From Octopus sinensis (lineage: Eukaryota), in NCBI RefSeq assembly GCF_006345805.1, contig NC_043022.1, forward strand, positions 2,666,001-2,730,000: a stretch of 64,000 bases of DNA, given 5' to 3'. The translations under genes were made by a program, and so were the position numbers. The notes below the pieces were generated by a model. It was not told the DNA's origin, did no database searches, and was given only the letters and a program-made list of their open reading frames with translations. Below are positions 48,663 through 60,911 of this stretch, piece after piece (the first letter of the stretch is position 1; each line of letters opens with the position of its first letter).

Positions 48663-49310
48663 GTAAATGATACATGTTCCCCCACCTGCACTACCCTTAC
48701 ACTTGAAGTTTCCATCTGGGACTAAAAAGGTTCCCCACCCCCTGGGGAATTGACTTCTTTGATGACTCATGAAGGCTATAGTAGTTTCTATTCGTGACCA
48801 GACCAGCAAGAAACAGCAGTCAAATTCGGTTGACTGAATCTGAAGGAAGCTCACTTTGTGTGTTTGTTTGTATCTTCTGTCTATATTTAGATACACACAT
48901 CAGTCAGTGCAAGATTTGTTAGAATCTAGGTATTTTAACATTCAGGATGCCGAAAGACCTTCAGTTGTGTTCTTTTACATTCTGGTATTGCGTGTGTGTG
49001 TTAAGTGTATTTCTAAAGCTGTAAATTCTATAGAAAATCTGTGGAGTCAGCCTTGAAAATTGACGTTTTGCATACAAATACACTTATGCCAAGAATGCAG
49101 TAAGTAATAGGTGTATATGCATATTTCAAGAGTTATTGCTCTTTCATCAGTGCTACATTCAACCCATATATATATTTATGTATAAGTGAGCAAGTGACTT
49201 GTATTATGACCCAAGGCGTGTATGATTAGATTTGATTGCTGAAAACTGAAAGGAGTCAGTGTGTGTATATGACTCCTTGTGTTGGTATGATGTGCTGAAT
49301 GTAAATAAAC

Positions 49311-49965
49311 CAGGGCTGTGGGGTCGGAATATGAAACGATTAAAGAGTAGTCGGACTCAGTAAAACTATACTGACTCTGACTCACAATGTCTTTATTCTT
49401 TAATATAAACCAGTTATAACATAGAGGCCTACTCAGAGTACAAGCATATGAATGTGCTTTATGAGATACTAGCAGTATCGCCCGGCGTTGCTCGGATTTG
49501 TAAGGGAAATAACTATAAAGCATTTTTAGAGAGTTATAACCAAAAAATTGCAAAAAAGGCATTAAAAATGGGAAAAAAATGATGGTAAATTTTTTTTTAA
49601 TCGTTGACTCATCGTAGACATTTTTAGAGAGTTACTTCCCTTATATAATAGCGAAAAATGCATTAAAATGGAAAAAAATGATGGTAAATTTTTTTCAAAA
49701 TCATAGACTCATCGTAGACACGTGCTAATACCCAGACGGGCTCGATATGAATCACGACTATAAGATACCCGGTTTTGGTTAAACTGCACCGCAAAATGTG
49801 GGAGTAGTTAGGAATCTAAATCATAGGAGACAGACACACAACTTGACTTTTATATATAAAGATGTAGACCACAATGACTTGATTACATAAAGAGGAGTCA
49901 GAGTCAGAGGTGCCAAGAGTAGAAGAGTCAGAGTCGAAGTTTGTTGTTTCGACTCCACAGTCTTG
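49311..49965 (+). mobile_element. hAT-like MITE hosting a Helitron
   Basis: TIR CAGGGCTGTGGGGTC / GACTCCACAGTCTTG; 8-bp TSD AAATAAAC/AAATAAAT; paralog at 60912-61105. Confidence 0.75.
49469..49862 (-). mobile_element. Non-autonomous Helitron family 1
   Basis: Minus strand reads A|TCTTTATATATAAAAG...CCGAGCAACGCCGGGCGATACTGCTAG|T with no TSD. Confidence 0.88.
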
Positions 49966-50504
49966 AAATAAATGCCACCATTATGCAAGTGTTTCTATAA
50001 GTAATCTTCCATGAAAGCAGGTCTAGACATTGTGCAGTTCGGGTTCAAAGGATTAAGAGAGCAAAATTTACCTTCACTGGAAACAGTGGAAGGTTGGCAA
50101 CGGGAAGAGCATCCAGCTGTAGAAAAATTACCTGCAGTGAATTTCGTTTGACTCTTGCAAACATGGAAAAGAGGTCGTTAAAACGCTGATGCTGTTAGAA
50201 GTAAAAAGCGGGAAGGAATAATAAGCTGACGATTACAACTGAAGCACTTGACCTTTGGAGATATTTCAGGCTGAAGTCATTGACCTGCAGTCTGTTATTA
50301 TCAGCTATACTTTCTTGATAATCTTCAGACTTGCACTGTTAATTCAAGATGACACACTTCACAAGAAGCTCTGCCCACAACAACAACAACAACACTTAAT
50401 AATAATAATAATAATGATAATAACTGCTAAGCATTTTACCTGTTATGCTAACAATTCTGCCAGCTTGCTGCCGTTTTAATAATAATTATAATAATAATAA
50501 TAAT

Positions 50505-50965
50505 AATAATCCGTTTTACTGGAGGCACAAGGCCTCATTTAGGGGACGGAATTAAGTCAATTACATCAATACCTATTTCTTTACTACCCACAAGGGGCTA
50601 AACACAGAGAGGACAAACAAGGATAGACAAATGGATTAAGTTGATTATATCAACCCCAGTGCATAACTGGTACTTATTTAATCGACCCCGAAAGGATGAA
50701 AGGCAAAGTTGACCTCGGCGGAATTTGAACTCAGAATGTAATGGTAGACGAAATACTGCTAAGCATTTTGCCCGGCATGCTAATATTTCTGCCAGTTCGC
50801 CGCCCCAAAATTACATCAATACCAGTGCGTAACTGGTAGTTATTTAATCGACCCCGAAAGGATGAAAGACAAAGTCGACCTCAGTGAAATTTGAACTCAG
50901 AATGTAGCAACAGGCAAAATACCACTAAGCATTTCGACCGGCGTGCTAACGATTCTGCCAGCTCA
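50505..50965 (-). mobile_element. C2 SINE with a nested full-length C1 SINE (50574-50808)
   Basis: Perfect 15-bp TSD AATTACATCAATACC (50559-50573/50809-50823). Confidence 0.85.
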
Positions 50966-51009
50966 CCACTTTTTTAATGATGATAATAATGGTGATGATG
51001 ATGATGATG

Positions 51010-51580
51010 TCAGATTTTGGCACAAGGCCAGCACTTTTGGGGGAGGGGATGAGTCGATTACATTAACCCCAGTAACCAAGTGGCACATACTTTATCAACC
51101 CCAGAAAGGCGAAAGGCAAGGTCAACCTTGGTGGAATTTGAACTTGAAGATGGACAAAATTCTACAAGCATTTTATCTGGCATGCTAACGATTCTGCTAG
51201 CTCGTTACCTCAATGATGAGGATAATTACAATAATATTAATCCTTTTTTTACAACAGGCACAAAGCCTGAAGTTTGAGGGAAGGGGGATAGACAATTACA
51301 TCGACCCCTAGTGCATGACTGGTACTTATTTTATTGATCCATATAAGGTGAAAGGCAAATTTAACCTCTGAGAAAATTTGAACACAGAATGGGAATACTG
51401 CTAAGCATCCTATCTTACATTGACCCCAGTACTCAACTGGTATTTATTTTATTGACCCCAGAAGGATGAAAGGCAAAGCCAATCTTGGTGGAATTTGAAC
51501 TCAGAACATGACAGTCAAAAGTCAAAATGCTTAGTGACATTTTGTCCGGCTTGCTAGCAATTCTGTCGGTTCACTGCCTA
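51010..51580 (-). mobile_element. Cluster of degenerate C2 SINE copies
   Basis: Repeated CACAAGGCC..., GAAAGGCAA, GGTGGAATTTGAAC blocks. Confidence 0.7.
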
Positions 51581-52039
51581 GATAATGATTATAATTACAG
51601 TCTACTGTAATAATACTCTTGTGTTTTTCTCTGTCACAACATATGAATGAGAAAGGAAGGGGTGATAGGCGAATACGGAAGGAAAGGGGTGATGGCAAAC
51701 TGGTTGTGGGAGCGTTTCAACTTTGTGACTGTGTGTGTGTGTGTGTGTGTGTAAAAGGGTGGTACGTGAATGTTTGTGTGTGCAATGAAAGTGGGATGGT
51801 GAACATTCAATGCTGAAAAGAAAAATCAAACAGCGTTTCAACTCTGTGAGTATATGTGTGTGTATGTACAAGGGAAATATGTGAATGTACGTGTGAACCA
51901 GTGTTCTTTCAGTAACAAATGATGATCTGATCCATGTGATGTCACATCTCAAAAGACAACTACTGGATAACACTGACAAGTGTACTAATTGATTTACCTT
52001 CCATATTTATTGTACTTTGGAATTGTTGGGTGAAATGCC

Positions 52040-52760
52040 ATGCTTGAGGGGACCTATTCAGTCAAGTCAATCAAAATCAAATGGAAATTGTAGTTGTAGC
52101 CAACACCACTGCCGGTGGCATGCAATAAACACCATTCATGCGTGGGTCATTGCCAAAGCCGCCTGACTGGCTCCCCCTGCTGGTTGTACGTAAAAAGCAC
52201 CATCCAGACGTGGTTGATGCCAACCCCCCCTCCCCTGACTGGATCCTATGAGGGTGGCATGGAAAAAGCACCATCCACGCATGGGTCGTTGCCAGATCCG
52301 CCTGACTGGCTCCCCCTGCTGGTTGTACATAAAAAGTACCATCCAGACGTGGTCAATGCCAGCCCCCCTCCACTGACTGGATCCTATGCCGGTGGCATGG
52401 AAAAAGCACCATCCACGCGTGAGTCGTTGCCAGATCCGCCTGACTGGTTCCCCTGCTGGTTGTAAGTAAAAAGTACCATCCAGACGTGGTCGATGCCAAC
52501 CCCCCTCCCCTGACTGGATCCTGTGCCGGTGGCACGTAAAAAGCACCATCCAAACATGGCCAATGCCAGTGCCGCCTGACTAGCTCCTGTGCCGATGGCA
52601 CATAAAATGCACCCACTACACTCTAGGAAGGGCATCTAGCTGTAGAAATATTGCCAGATCAGACTGGAGCCTGGTGCCGCCTCCTGGCTTGCCAGTCCCC
52701 AGCCAAACCGTCCAACTCATGCCAGCATGGAAAACGGACATTAAGCGATGATGATGATAT
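52040..52760 (+). mobile_element. Family D element with a ~138-bp dimeric internal array
   Basis: GGTTGTA at 52182, 52321, 52458; ends with GCCAGCATGGAAAACGGACATTAAGCGATGATGATG. Confidence 0.85.
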
Positions 52761-52769
52761 ATATATATA

Positions 52770-52986
52770 CTCTTTTACTTGTTTCAGTCATTTGACTGCG
52801 GCCATGCTGGAGCACCGCCTTTAGTCGAGCAAATCGACCCCGGGACTTATTCTTTGTAAGCCCAGTACTTATTCTATCGGTCTCTTTTTGCCGAACCGCT
52901 AAGTGATGGGGACGTAAACACACCAGCATCGGTTGTCAAGCAATGCTAAGGGGACAAACACAGACACACAAACATATACACACACA

Positions 52987-53030
<44 letters not shown>

Positions 53031-53197
53031 TACGACAGGCTTCTTTCAGTTTCCGTCTACCAAATCCACTCACAAGGCATTGGTCGGCCCGGGGCTATAG
53101 CAGAAGACACTTGCCCAAGATGCCACGCAGTGGGACTGAACCCAGAACCATGTGGTTGGTAAGCAAGCTACTTACCACACAGCCACTCCTGCGCCTA
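52770..53197 (-). mobile_element. SINE family B, full length
   Basis: Reverse complement of the B consensus. Confidence 0.9.
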
Positions 53198-53926
53198 TAT
53201 ATAAAATACTACAATTAGCCATCGTTTCTGACGGTACTGGGCCACCTAGTAATAATGAGTAATCCTGGATTAATGCTTTTTGTTAGATCTAAAAAATGGC
53301 TCTAAGAATATAGATTTCAACTGTTCATAATCATTTAGTTCAACTAATAAAGTACTTCCCACACAGGTTTACGACTACTAACCAGTTTCTGTTCAAAAAC
53401 TGGTTAGCTGCTGCTAACATTTAATCTGTACAGCAGTAAGAGGTGCCACAGGTTTGCTAATAATAGTAGTAGTAGTAGTAGTAGTATTAGTTAGCAGTAG
53501 TAGTAGTAGTAATCTAACTCGAAATATTTGTATACTGATAGGTACTAGTCGTTGCTTTAATGTCATTTTACTAAAGCGGTGAGCTGGGTGAGTCATTAGA
53601 GCATCAAGCCAAATGTCTTGTGGTATTCCAGGGTGGGCTTTTTTTTTTTTTTTTTGACCTTTTGCATTCTGAGTTCAGATCCCATCGAGGTAACTTTTGC
53701 CTTTTGTTGTTTCAGAGATCAACGTAATATAATTTAAAAACACCAGTCAAGGACTGGAGGTCACTGTAATCATCTCATCCACTTCCATCCATACTTAAGC
53801 ACACACATACACACACACTCTCCCTAATTGCTGACCTTCCTAAATTATTATTTGTATTATTATTAATTATTTGTAAGAAATATTGAATTTCTAAATCTCT
53901 CGAGACATACGGTGGTGGGGCGATAG

Positions 53927-54088
53927 AATGGGTGTATGCTGTCAATCTAACAAGAACGTGACAGTAGGGGGTACACCACCATTGTATAGTCAAAGTTATC
54001 AGGAGGCGTTCGATGCTTCCTAGGGCTATACAGCGGTGGTGTACCCCCTACTGTCACGTTCTTGTTAGATTGACAGTATACAACCATT
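53927..54088. repeat. 162-bp hairpin (65-bp arms)
   Basis: AATGGGTGTATGCTGTCAATCTAACAAGAACGTGACAGTAGGGGGTACACC... and its reverse complement at 54024-54088. Confidence 0.9.
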
Positions 54089-54149
54089 TTATTAATTATT
54101 TGTACTATTATTATTATTATGACAGTGAGCCAGCTGAATTGTTAACATG

Positions 54150-54760
54150 CCTGGCAATATGCCTAGTAAAAGCTTGGCTTCCGGTTCAGTCCCACCGCAC
54201 AGCACTTTATGCAAGTGTCTACTACCATAACTCTGGGCCAACCAATGCTTTGTGGGTTGATTTGGTTAGCAGAAACTGTGTAGAAGCGAGCTGGCAGAAA
54301 CGTTAGCACGCTGGGCGAAATGCTTAGCGGTATTTTGTCTGCCGCTACGTTCTGAGTTCAAATTCCGCCAAGGTCGACTTTGCCTTTCATCCTTTCGAGG
54401 TTAATAAATTAAGTACCAGTTATGCACTGCGGTTGATATAGACTTAATCCCTGTCCTTGTTTGTCCCCTCTGTGTGTAGCCCCTCGTGGGTAGTAAAAAA
54501 ATAAGAAACTGTGTGGAAGCCCTGAGACATATATGCCTGGGTGTTTGTGTCTGTCTTTGCTCTTCCCTCCCTGTGCACTACAAATACTGCTTGGCAATTG
54601 TTGTTGGTTTGTTTATGTCCGTCAGCAGTTCAGTCACTAAAAAGAGACCAGTAGAATTATCAAACTTGAAAAAAAACATTATAAATACTGGTGTTGATTT
54701 GTTTGACTAAAGCCCTTCAAAATGGTGCCCCAGCTTGGTCACAGTCCAATGACTAAAATG
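54150..54760 (+). mobile_element. Diverged B SINE with a nested C1 SINE (54288-54503)
   Basis: 17-bp TSD AGAAACTGTGT(A/G)GAAGC (54271-54287/54504-54520). Confidence 0.8.
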
Positions 54761-54769
54761 AAGTGTGTG

Positions 54770-55030
54770 TGTGTGTGTATTCACATGTCCCCTGGACTAG
54801 GCATTATGTGCTAATTGTAAAGAAATGTCACTGTCATACAAGTGGTGTCATTTATATGCAATGTTTTACAAAAACATGTCTGGCCTTTGTGCTGTTCATT
54901 GTTTGAAAGACCAAGGGAGATATCACCTTTTTTGTAATCGGGTCAGGATGGATGACGGGAAGAGCATCTGGTTGTAGAAAATCTGCCTCAACAAAATACA
55001 TTTATCCCATGTGGACACTAAAATGCTGTT
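54770..55030 (+). mobile_element. Family J body, degenerate
   Basis: GTCATACAAGTGGTGTC...GGAAGAGCATCTGGTTGTAGAAAATCTGCCTCA. Confidence 0.55.
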
Positions 55031-55370
55031 GATGAGGCCAAGTGTATCTGAGAGTACATTATTTGGTGTGTCCTTTAATTTTTTTTTTAAGTTGATAGAA
55101 TTATTTGAGGATTGCCAGGAGTAGGAGGTTGAAGATGCCAGATGGGTATAAAACCATCTCATGGCACTTTGGTACAATTAATGGTTTGGTTCGTTGCAAA
55201 CATTTAGAGCAGTTGCCTAGGGGTTGGAAAGCACAGCCGTTTGATGTGCTGATTTTTGTGTGTTCCCCGCCCAGCTTATTGAAGGGCAGCAGAAAAATTG
55301 GCTATGTGTACACTACCCCGTTACCTGAAATTAAATGCTTAGAAAGGAAATATGATTTGTGTTATCAAAG

Positions 55371-55765
55371 GAGTAGCTGTGTGGTAAGTAGCTTGCTAAC
55401 CAACCACATGGTTCCGGGTTCAGTCCCACTGCATGGCATCTTGGGCAAGTGTCTTCTGCTATAGCCCTGGGCCGACCAATGTCTTGTGAGTGGATTTGGT
55501 AGACAGAAACTGAAAGAAGCCTGTCGTATATATAAATGTAGATATATATGCGTGTGTATGTTTGTGTGTCTGTGTTTGTCCCCCTAGCATTGCTTGACAA
55601 CCGATGCTGGTGTGTTTACGTCCCCGTCACTTAGCGGTTCGGCAAAAGAGACCGATAGAATAAGTACTGGGCTTACAAAGAATAAGTCCCGGGGTCGATT
55701 TGCTCGACTAAAAGGCGGTGCTCCAGCCTGGCCGCAGTCAAATGACTGAAACAAGTAAAAAAAAA
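55371..55765 (+). mobile_element. SINE family B
   Basis: Matches the B consensus. Confidence 0.9.
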
Positions 55766-55835
55766 GAAAAGAATAAAAAAAAACTAGGATATAATGATAG
55801 TGAGCTGAACTGATTCTTGTTTATTCATCTTACCT

Positions 55836-55873
<38 letters not shown>

Positions 55874-56136
55874 TTGTGTGTGCGTGTTTTGTTTGTTTTT
55901 TGTTACCACTTTTTGACGGCTTGTTGGTATCGTGCTGAAATGCCAGCAGCCCAACCACCTTGCTCGCTCTCCTCGTACATAACATCTATTCCTGCACAGT
56001 TATTCTCTAATTCTTAACAGTCTAATATTAGATTCGACTATCAGTTCTCAGTTCTTCTTTGCAAGTGTTTAGCCTATCTCTCGCTCTCTCTATCTATCTA
56101 TATAGGTCAGTGTTTCTCAATCCGTTTTTTTTGCCT

Positions 56137-56330
56137 AGGGCATGGCTGTGTGGTTAGGGGGCTTGCTTCCTTCCCAACCACATGGTTCCGGGTTCAGTCC
56201 CACTGCGTGGCACTTTGGCCAGGTGTCTTCCACTATAGCCCCGAGCCGACTGAAGCTTTGTGATTGAATTCGGTAGGCGGGAGTTACTGCCGTATGTGTA
56301 GGTGCTCAGTGTCTCTCCGAAAGAGAGGGG
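56137..56330 (+). mobile_element. B-head subfamily B'
   Basis: Matches 11542-11725. Confidence 0.7.
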
Positions 56331-56445
56331 ACCCTGTTTGGTTCCTATTTTACTCTACTGACCCCTCCTAGCTATTTGAAGTTTAAAAAATAGTCCCATT
56401 TTTGTAATTAAATGTTAATAGGAATTGTGTAAAAAAAAAAATTTC

Positions 56446-56613
56446 ATGAGTGGCTGTGTGGTAAGTAGCTTGCTAACCAACCACATGGTTTCGGGTTCAG
56501 TCCCACTGCATGGCACCTTGGGCAAGTGTCTTCTGCTATAGCCCCGGGCCGACCAATGCCTTGTGAGTGGATTTGGTAGACGGAAACTGAAAGAAGCCTG
56601 TCGTATATATGTG

Positions 56614-56644
<31 letters not shown>

Positions 56645-56855
56645 ATGTGTTTGTGTGTCTGTGTTTGTCCCCCTAGCATTGCTTGACAACTGATGCTGGT
56701 GTGTTTACGTCCCCGTGACTTAGCAGTTAGGCAAAACAGACCGATAGAATAAGTACTGGGCTTACAAAGAATAAGTCCCGGGGTCGATTTGCTCGACTAA
56801 GGGCGGTGCTCCGGCATGGCCGCAGTCAAATGACTGAAACAAGTAAAAGAGAAAA
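56446..56855 (+). mobile_element. SINE family B
   Basis: Matches the B consensus. Confidence 0.9.
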
Positions 56856-57199
56856 AGAAAGAGAATTGCAGAAGTACAACCGATTTATTGCAGATAAATC
56901 TTGTAGGGAGCTCGAAGGGTTCTATGGTCCTTAGTTGAAACCCACTGCTTCTCGGTGATGGAAGAAATACATTTACACACACACACACACACACTAAAAC
57001 CTGATCACTCAGGGTGAACTGGAATTGTACTTCACACACACACACACATGTGGTAACACATACATGCACACTGGTAAACACACACACTCACACACACACA
57101 CATACGTATATGCACTAATAAAACATTTCCCAGTGCGTGTGTCCCGTAACACATCAGATCTTGTCTATGTGAGTGTGTGGGTTTGTGAGTATGTATTAC

Positions 57200-57590
57200 T
57201 CTTTACTCTTTTTTTTACTTGTTTCAGTCATTTGACTGCGGCCATGCTGGAGCACCGCCTTTTTAGTCGAGCAAATCGACCCCCAGGACTTATTCTTTGT
57301 AAGCCTAGTACTTATTCTTTCGGTCTCTTTTGCCAAACCGCTAAGTTATGGGGACATGAACACACCAGCATCGATTGTCAAGCAATGCTAGGGAAACAGA
57401 CACATAAACACACACACACACACACACACGATGGGCTTCTTTCAGTTTCCATCTACCAAATCCACTCACAAGGCTTGGGTTGACCCAATGCTACAGTAGA
57501 AGACACTTACGCAAGGTGCCACGCAGTGGGACTGAACCCGAAACCATGTGGTTAGGAAGCAAGCTACTTACCACACAACCACGGCTGCAC
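57200..57590 (-). mobile_element. SINE family B
   Basis: Reverse complement of the B consensus. Confidence 0.85.
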
Positions 57591-57644
57591 CTACACATAT
57601 TATTCTTCCTCCTATTATTCTTCCTCTTTTATGTTCAAATAAGC

Positions 57645-57795
57645 AAGAACTGGCCTCTTACACCTACCCTACAATGTCATTCTAAAAATAATCCCATCAT
57701 CCAAATCTCAAAGGTATGAGATAATCCATGATTAATTTAAAACAATGTGAATAAATAAGCGTTTGACAAAGAAATCCGAATGCTAAACGGTTAAT
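57645..57795 (+). mobile_element. MITE family E 3' half
   Basis: CACCTACCCTACAATGTCATTCTAAAAA...GCTAAACGGTTAA. Confidence 0.7.
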
Positions 57796-58005
57796 GATAA
57801 TCCCATTTTTTTTCTGTTTTTGCTATTTTAGATTGAACAGCCACTACCTCACTCTGGAGGCTGAGGGACCAGCTTTCAGTGAGAACAATCCCAACACCCA
57901 CCAGATGCCTGCCAGTATGGTAAGTCCTTCGCTATTGTTTTCATTTATAGGAATATTCATTTGCCATCTCCTACTTTCTCCCCTCGTGTGCCTCTTCTAC
58001 ATACA

Positions 58006-58168
58006 TAGGCGCAGGAGTGGCTGTGTGGTAAGAAGCTTGCTTACCAACCACATGGTTCCGGGTTCAGTCCCACTGCGTGGCATCTTGGGCAAGTGTCTTC
58101 TGCTATAGCCCCGGGCCGACCAATGCCTTGTGAGTGGATTTGGTAGACGGAAACTGAAAGAAGCCTGT

Positions 58169-58202
<34 letters not shown>

Positions 58203-58419
58203 GTGCATGTATATGTTTGTGTGTGTGTGTTTGTCCCCCTAGCATTGCTTGACAACCGATGCTGGTATGTTTACGTCCCCGTCACTTAGCGGTTTGGCAA
58301 AAGAGACCGATAGAATAAGTACTGGGCTTACAAAGAATAAGTCCCAGGGTCGATTTGCTCGACTAAAGGCGGTGCTCCAGCATGGCCGCAGTCAAATGAC
58401 TGAAACAAGTAAAAGAGTA
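58006..58419 (+). mobile_element. SINE family B, full length
   Basis: Matches the B consensus. Confidence 0.9.
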
Positions 58420-58619
58420 TGAGCACTCGGAGAGCGTCTAGTGTTACTTAACCATGCTGTTATCTGATATCTGGTTACCTAATTTCCAGTGCGAAACTGA
58501 TTGGGAAGATCAACTGAAGCAGATCTATAATAGATCACTTTGATTAATATACCCACCCTATTGATAAATATATGAGTGCATATTTTTATTGGCTTATGGA
58601 TTCTGACACAACTATATAT

Positions 58620-58810
58620 CATCATCATCACCATCATACGTTTGTTTTCCACACTGGCATGGGTTGGATGGGTTGACTGGAGCTGGCAAGCCAGAGAGCT
58701 GCTCCGGGCTCTAGTTGTCTGCTTTGGCAGGGGTTCTATGGCTGGATGCCCTTTTTGATATTTAACCATTTCACGGAGAGACCTGGGTGCTTATTACATG
58801 GCACCAACAC
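58620..58810 (-). mobile_element. Family D element, degenerate
   Basis: CATCATCATC...CTGGCATGGGTTGG...GGCTGGATGCCC. Confidence 0.65.
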
Positions 58811-59135
58811 CACCCACCGCCCCCACTCCGAACATGAAAGCTACAAAACATAATTGTAAATATTTGCTCACACAGGCCTCCTGGGATTTCTGGTCTCCTG
58901 GATCTTTGATTCAAGATTTTAAATGTGTGCTTGTGCATATATGTGTGTGCACACCTGCATACGTGTGTGTGTACATGTATATATGTATGTACACATACAT
59001 ACATGCACTCTCATTCATATATGTATATATACACCCACCAGCAAGGTATTATGTCCATAAATACATTCATGCATGTGCCTTCATTCATAAATCTACTACC
59101 CATTTCTCATTCAGACATCTACGAATGCTCTCATA

Positions 59136-59525
59136 TCTCTCTATATATAAACGGCAGTTTGTCTGTCTGTCAGGTTGTACCCTCACCCTGACCACGGCTT
59201 TCAACCGATTCTGATGAAACTTGACACACACATAACCCAATGTCATAATTCAAAACTAACGCAGCGAAAATTTTGAAAAGTTCCCCCAGTTCTGAAAAAA
59301 ATCGATAAATTCGACATGGGGTCGAGAATCTAAGCTTTTTATATGCAACACATTTTCTGTCGGGAGACAGCTAGGAACATTGTATTAATAGAAGAATTCG
59401 AGTGAAGAGAAGACATTGCAACCTACACATGCGCCTTCGTTCCCTAGAGGGAAAGGACTAGATTGGGATTAGTCGTTGCCTACTAGGGGCTCTTACATAG
59501 CCGGGCAACGCCAGGCTATGCTGCT

Positions 59526-59527
<2 letters not shown>
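59136..59527 (+). mobile_element. Non-autonomous Helitron family 2
   Basis: A|TCTCTCTATATATAAA start; GCCGGGCAACGCCAGGC subterminal motif; CTGCTAG end; body unrelated to family 1. Confidence 0.7.
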
Positions 59528-59594
<67 letters not shown>

Positions 59595-59680
59595 TTATGG
59601 GGAGAGTTATTCTCTTTCAGTACCTTATTAATTTAATACACTCACTGATTTAATTTCCACTCATTTACTTATTTATTTTT

Positions 59681-59719
59681 ACTAAACTTTTCGTTGGGTC
59701 TTGCAACCTTTTCAATAGT
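59681..59719 (-). ncRNA. Minimal type I hammerhead-like motif, U3/A8 variant
   Basis: Minus strand: ACTA-TTGAAAA-G-GTTG(CAAGACC)CAAC-GAAA-AG-TT-TAGT. Confidence 0.4.
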
Positions 59720-59914
59720 TGTTGACTCAATCCATTATCAGAGATGCTTTAATCTGTCTCAAATTGGTGCTTATAATGTTAGGTTTTAACATCATAGTGT
59801 AAGTTTTAGTGGTGAAAATATTATGATACAGGGGCAGAGAGCTAAGATTTTTGGAAATTACGGTTTGAAGGTTATTTGAAGAATTAAATAGTTAGAGGTT
59901 ATGATAGTATATAC

Positions 59915-60313
59915 TCTTTTACTCTTTTACTTGTTTCAGTCATTTGACTGCGGCCATGCTGCAGCACTGCCTTTAGTCGAGCAAATCGACCCCGGGACTT
60001 ATTCTTTTGTAAGCCCAGTACTTATTCTATCGGTCTCTTTTGCTGAACCGCTAAGTGACGGGGACGTAAACACACCAGCATCGGTTGTCAGGCAATGCTA
60101 GGGGGACAAAGACAGACACACACACACACACATATATACACACATATGCACGACAGGCCTCTTTCAGTTTCCGTCTACCAAATCTACTCACAAGGCATTG
60201 GTCGGCCCGGGGCTATAGCAGAAGACACTTGCCCAAGATGCCACGCAGTGGGACTGAACCCGGAACAATGTGGTTGGTTAGCAAGCTACTTACCACACAG
60301 CCACTCCTGCGCC
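59915..60313 (-). mobile_element. SINE family B, full length
   Basis: Reverse complement of the B consensus. Confidence 0.9.
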
Positions 60314-60684
60314 TTTTTGTTTTATGGGTTAAATGAGTGAATGAATGAGGCAATTAAAAAAGGCAAAAGAAATTCTTATCTTAGCTCTGCATATCTCAAA
60401 AGAACAGTGAATTAAGCAGCATGAAAGTCTAAGACAACATGTGATGATCCTTTTTGAGAGCCACAGCCAGAAGTGGTCGAATAAGATGACCAGTTCTGCC
60501 ACAGGAAATAGAAATAGCAGCAAGTAGTCATTGTGAAGAGGGAGCTATGGCTAGTTTACTATCATTGGGGGGAGAGACATGGCAACAGTGATGATGTGAT
60601 GCTCTTAAGTGAGGTGCTCACAGTCAAGAGAGAGAAGCTTGTATGACTGACAGATGGTAATAAATGGGTGTTTATTACCATTAT

Positions 60685-60907
60685 AAGGCGGCGAGCTGGC
60701 AGAAACGTTAGCACACCGGGCCAAATGCGTAGCCGTATTTCATCTGTCGTTACGTTGTGAGTTCAAATTCCGCCGAGGTCGACTTTGCCTTTCATCCTTT
60801 CGGGGTCGATAAATTACGCACTGGGGTCGATGTAATTGACTTAATCCCTTTGTCTGTCCTTGTTTGTCCCCTCTATTTTTAGCCCCTTGTGGGTAGTAAA
60901 GAAATAT
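60685..60907 (+). mobile_element. SINE family C1
   Basis: AAGGCGGCGAGCTGGCAGAAACG...GGGTAGTAAAGAAATA. Confidence 0.88.
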
Positions 60908-60911
60908 ATAT

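Noticed and set aside
52077-52635. Overlapping repetitive ORFs of 65-137 aa
   Set aside because: Translations of the family D internal minisatellite.
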